Assembly: GCA_010356995.1 (NCBI GenBank)
Contig: ML996696.1
Span: forward strand, 622,364-686,363
From: Trichodelitschia bisporula
Lineage: Eukaryota
Direction: 5' to 3'
Length of the DNA: 64,000 nt
This document shows positions 60,478 to 64,000 of this stretch, in pieces (position 1 is the stretch's first letter; each line of letters starts with the position of its first letter). The notes below the pieces were generated by a model. That model had not been told where the DNA came from, ran no database searches, and saw only the letters and a list, made by a program, of their open reading frames with translations. The position numbers and the translations under genes were made by a program.

Positions 60478-61625
60478 ACGTTGGGATGGCAACCTCGTTG
60501 GGATGGCAGCCTCGCGAGGTCGCTTTTGGGGGCGTCGTATAGACACGGTTTAGTGATCTGGATAAGCGCGCGGATGCGACGGATCGTCAAGATAGGGAAA
60601 GAAACAACCTCGATGCCGATTTCTTCCCGCAGCCGCACTATCGGAGTAAGTTCCACTTACGGTACTCTTCACGTCCGCAACAATAAAGGGCCCGCAAGTC
60701 ATCTCCCGGTCCCAATAACGCGCAATACGGAGTCACGACCGACATCGCATCCCAAATTCCCCGATAGGCAGCCCGCCCACCCAGGGAAGCCCGAAGCGAA
60801 CACCTCCAATCCAATAAGCCCACCGGCTATCAAGTACCGTACCGTCCCATACAGTAGTATTCCAGATTCCAGATCCTCACTTCCTCCCGCCCCGTACCAC
60901 CCAGATCCCCCCCACCACCGATCTCCGCCCCCGTCGCACAAAGATCCACATCCCCCTCGTGTTACAGAGATCCGCTCACTCCCCCCAAGCGAATGCCGTG
61001 CGTTGCCGCACCACCACCACGTACCAGCATTAGCACAGCCGCCCACCTAGCACCAGATACGAACCCACGTCGCACGCCCTCCGCATCGGCCGCCGCTCCT
61101 TGAATCTGGTCCCACCGCGCTTCCCATCGGAGTAGGCCCCGCGCCCCCCGGCGGTTGTCGTGCTTCTGCTAGCGTAGATCGAGTGTGCGCAGGCCCGTGG
61201 TGCAGGATTAGGCTAGAGGGCGCAGCGCAGCGCATCGAGAGGAGGTTACGTACTCCGATCTCCTACTCCGAGGACGAATAGCGTCACGGGGTACAGCATA
61301 GATACCTTCCTGCCCATCGTGCAGTGCACAGCACGTGAAATCACCCCCTTTGCAAAAACACAGCACATCGTGAACAGCGTCAGCATGCATTTTACACTAA
61401 CCGTCCATCGGATCGCCAACCCAGCTCGTACATCTAAGATCCATCTTCCACCCGTCTCCGATTTGAACGCCCAAAACGCCCGAAATATGCCCCCCCCACC
61501 CGCAAAGCCAGCGCAACGCACGTCGCACCGGTCACAATCGGCACGCCACCCGATACGCAAGAGAGGTTCACAAATCGGACCCGCTTCGCTTTCCCCATTC
61601 GTGCGCCCCGATTAGGTCACTGGTG

Positions 61626-63011
61626 CTACTTCGCTACCGCGGCTGACAGCACCTGCGTGCGGAAGAAGCCGCCCTTCGTCCGCTCAATCACCTGCTGGTA
61701 CACGGACTGCGGAGGGTGGTTCATCACCACCGTGCCGGCCTGGTAATCGATCTTGGCGTCCACGCGGGTGTCGCGGATCAGGTTGACGATCCACTTCTCG
61801 CCCGCTTCCTGGGAGAGACCGAGGCGGGCCGACAGATCCCTGAAACATTAGCTTGCGTTCGTGTGACTGAAATATAAAACTCACTTGATGTCGATCCGCT
61901 GGTGAATTTTGCAGTACATCTCCGACACCAGGTGGCGCGCCGCCTCGACGAACGCCTTTGTCGCCGAACCCAGGAAGAAGTCGTGCTGCAGGATGAGCTC
62001 CGCCTCGCCGAGCTTCTTCTGTGCCTCCTCGAAGTCAAAGTCGATATAGAGGGCCTTGACGAAGTCGGTTAGCGGGTCTGCGTACTCGTAGCCTTCCTGC
62101 TTGATCACGCGGACCAAGTCCTTCAGCTGCTTCTGGTAAACGTTGCTGTTGCGGCTGAGTTTGCGGTTTGTGATCACCGCCGCGGTGAGGTAGCGCAGGA
62201 TCCAGGGGCACAGCGTCTGGATGGTGTTGATGTAGGCAGGCGAGAAAAAGAGATCCGTCAGGACCTCGCGGGCGGGGTCGTGGTTAAAGAAAGGGAACAG
62301 GGACCAGTGAATCAACCAGGTGCGAGCATGCAGCTGGGCCAACGCATTGCTGAACAGCCGCGTGTCGATATTCTCCTTCACCTTCTGAATCTCTTCCATC
62401 GTCGGCTCCCACTCAGTAGACAGAATCTCAGACGCGAGCTTGCCCCACGTCGCGGCGGACACTTTCTCGTTGTCGGTGGACTGGCGGTCAGCGACATCGT
62501 CACTCTCTGAGGGCTAACTCACCAACACACGGAACTGGTACAGCAGCTCAGCGGCACTCTGGTAGGCACCACAGCTGTACTCAAACTGGCCATAGTCGTA
62601 CAGGGCGTTGACCATCTCGAGCGTAACGCCGTGCTGCTCCTTGAGGAACGCCAAGTTGGCCACCTTGTCGCTGCGCAGCTGGCTCACGACATCGGCGTCT
62701 TCGAGCAGGCTACGCAGCTTGCTAGTGTCCTCCTCGTACTGCGCACGGCGCCGCAGAACCTCCTCCCGCTTCTTCGTGTACTCGGCCGGCCGCTCCGACA
62801 GCCCCTGCAGCTCGCTGTCCAGATCTCCAACGAAGTCGGTCATGTTGGTGTGCTTGAGCAGCTCGAACTTGGTGCGTGTGATATCGGGCAAGGCGTCGCG
62901 CTCCGACAGCAGCGGGTACACCAGGTGACGGTCGAGGAAGGGGATCATCTTGGGGAGCAGGTCGTATTTGGCGACGAGGTCGGCCGCCGCATCGGGCTGG
63001 TTGTCGGCCAT
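61626..63011 (-). CDS. INT6: Eukaryotic translation initiation factor 3 subunit E (Int6)
   Basis: [86 protein letters not shown]; two introns; TAG at 61626. Confidence 0.97.
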
Positions 63012-63271
63012 GTTGGAGATGTAGATGCTGGTTTAGAGGGTGGAGGGTTGTGGAATGCGGTTGCGGTGATGTGGTATCAAGGCGGGGTGGTGGTTTGTCG
63101 ATGGCGGGCACAGGCAAATGTTGCGGGACCGTGTGCGGGCCGTTCGCTAAATTTTCGCCGACGCCTGAAGGCACCCCGGAAACAACGAGCGACGACACCC
63201 CGCCCCTACGATACTTTTCACCCGCCCTCGCCATTCTCGAACCCCACGATCGTTCACTCTTAATTAGGATC

Positions 63272-63757
63272 ATGACGCTGCGCTACTTCATAACTCCCTT
63301 CTTGCGCCCGTCCAATGGGCCCTGTGCGGTCTTCCGTAACTTCTCTACAGCCGCGCGACGGACAGAAGGTATGCAACTTAACATCATTCTTACAACGCTA
63401 ACATATCCAGCTGCTTCTGCACCCACTTCCACAGTTGCTTCCACACCTGCAAATCCGACACCCCGGCAACGCTCAAGTCAAGTAACCGCCTCGCAGCTGC
63501 CCTACTTCGTGGGCCGGTCACCGAGTCGCCAACTCCCCGTGTATACCGACCTCAAGTCCGGCGGGACACGCAAAGAGACGCGCATCCGCAAGATAACCGG
63601 CGACATTCGCGCGCTGCGAGATGATCTGGCGGACTACCTGAAGACGCAGAAGGTCCGGGACGCGGATTGCGTGATCTCCTCCATCAATCAACAGATCGTA
63701 GTCAAGGGGCATTTGAAGCTGCAGATATCTCGATTTCTGGAAGAAAAGGGCTTTTGA
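63272..63757 (+). CDS. IMG2: Mitochondrial ribosomal protein mL49 (Img2)
   Basis: Presequence-like MTLRYFITPFLRP...; 42-nt intron 63369-63410; YFVGRSPSRQLPVY...GGTRKETRIRKITGD...IVVKGH...FLEEKGF. Confidence 0.93.
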   Translation: MTLRYFITPFLRPSNGPCAVFRNFSTAARRTEGMQLNIILTTLTYPAASAPTSTVASTPANPTPRQRSSQVTASQLPYFVGRSPSRQLPVYTDLKSGGTRKETRIRKITGDIRALRDDLADYLKTQKVRDADCVISSINQQIVVKGHLKLQISRFLEEKGF

Positions 63758-64000
63758 TCGATTTTAGTGCACGGATTGCGTGGGCATAGGGCGGCGCAGG
63801 CGGTTGGGTATGTATACTACGGTGGCTCGCTTGAGTCTGACGAAATCACATTCATCGAAATCAAACAGCACTATCTTTCGGTGATATATACAACTAGTTT
63901 CACTTTCCACCCTTTGCAATATCAATCATGTACGACACCGCCTGGCTCGTACTGGTTCCTACATACGCCAAATGGGCCGCCCCAATGATGAAGTTGCCTG

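Noticed and set aside
60553..60566. TGATCTGGATAA resembling a TPP riboswitch
   Set aside because: The remaining conserved elements (CTGAGA, TACCAGCG) are missing and there is no thiamine gene nearby.

Overview
Eukaryotic, GC-rich, intron-containing DNA from a filamentous ascomycete (Pezizomycotina-type: 42-190 nt introns, GTRNGY donors, CTRAC branch points). I reconstructed 17 protein-coding genes by splicing by hand: an RRG8-like protein, mitochondrial ClpP, a secreted Gly/Pro/Asn-rich repeat protein, a small twin-PAH-like protein, a GCNA/SprT protein, a C2H2-type transcription factor, cystathionine gamma-synthase, Utp22, an RNase H-like protein, a second DNA ligase I-family enzyme, Rmi1, a Ubl-AN1 zinc finger, a monocarboxylate-type MFS transporter, Hrd1, two conserved unknown proteins, plus eIF3e and Img2 at the end of the window. 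There is also an intronless U6 snRNA gene and a 100-N assembly gap. I found no transposase, reverse transcriptase, rRNA, intact tRNA or CRISPR array. The best leads are not visible in the ORF track: (1) a 4-exon, 204-aa gene at 7212-8118 made of two Sin3-like PAH domains and nothing else; (2) a heavily base-paired ~0.85 kb candidate ncRNA at 59465-60320, beginning at a CCCTAACCC telomere-template-like 9-mer; (3) an 8-exon secreted Gly-rich repeat protein built by micro-exon duplication; (4) a ~36-bp minisatellite carrying CACGTG E-boxes; (5) U6 with an upstream B-box inside a tRNA-like relic. All family assignments come from recalled motifs; no database search or folding program was run.
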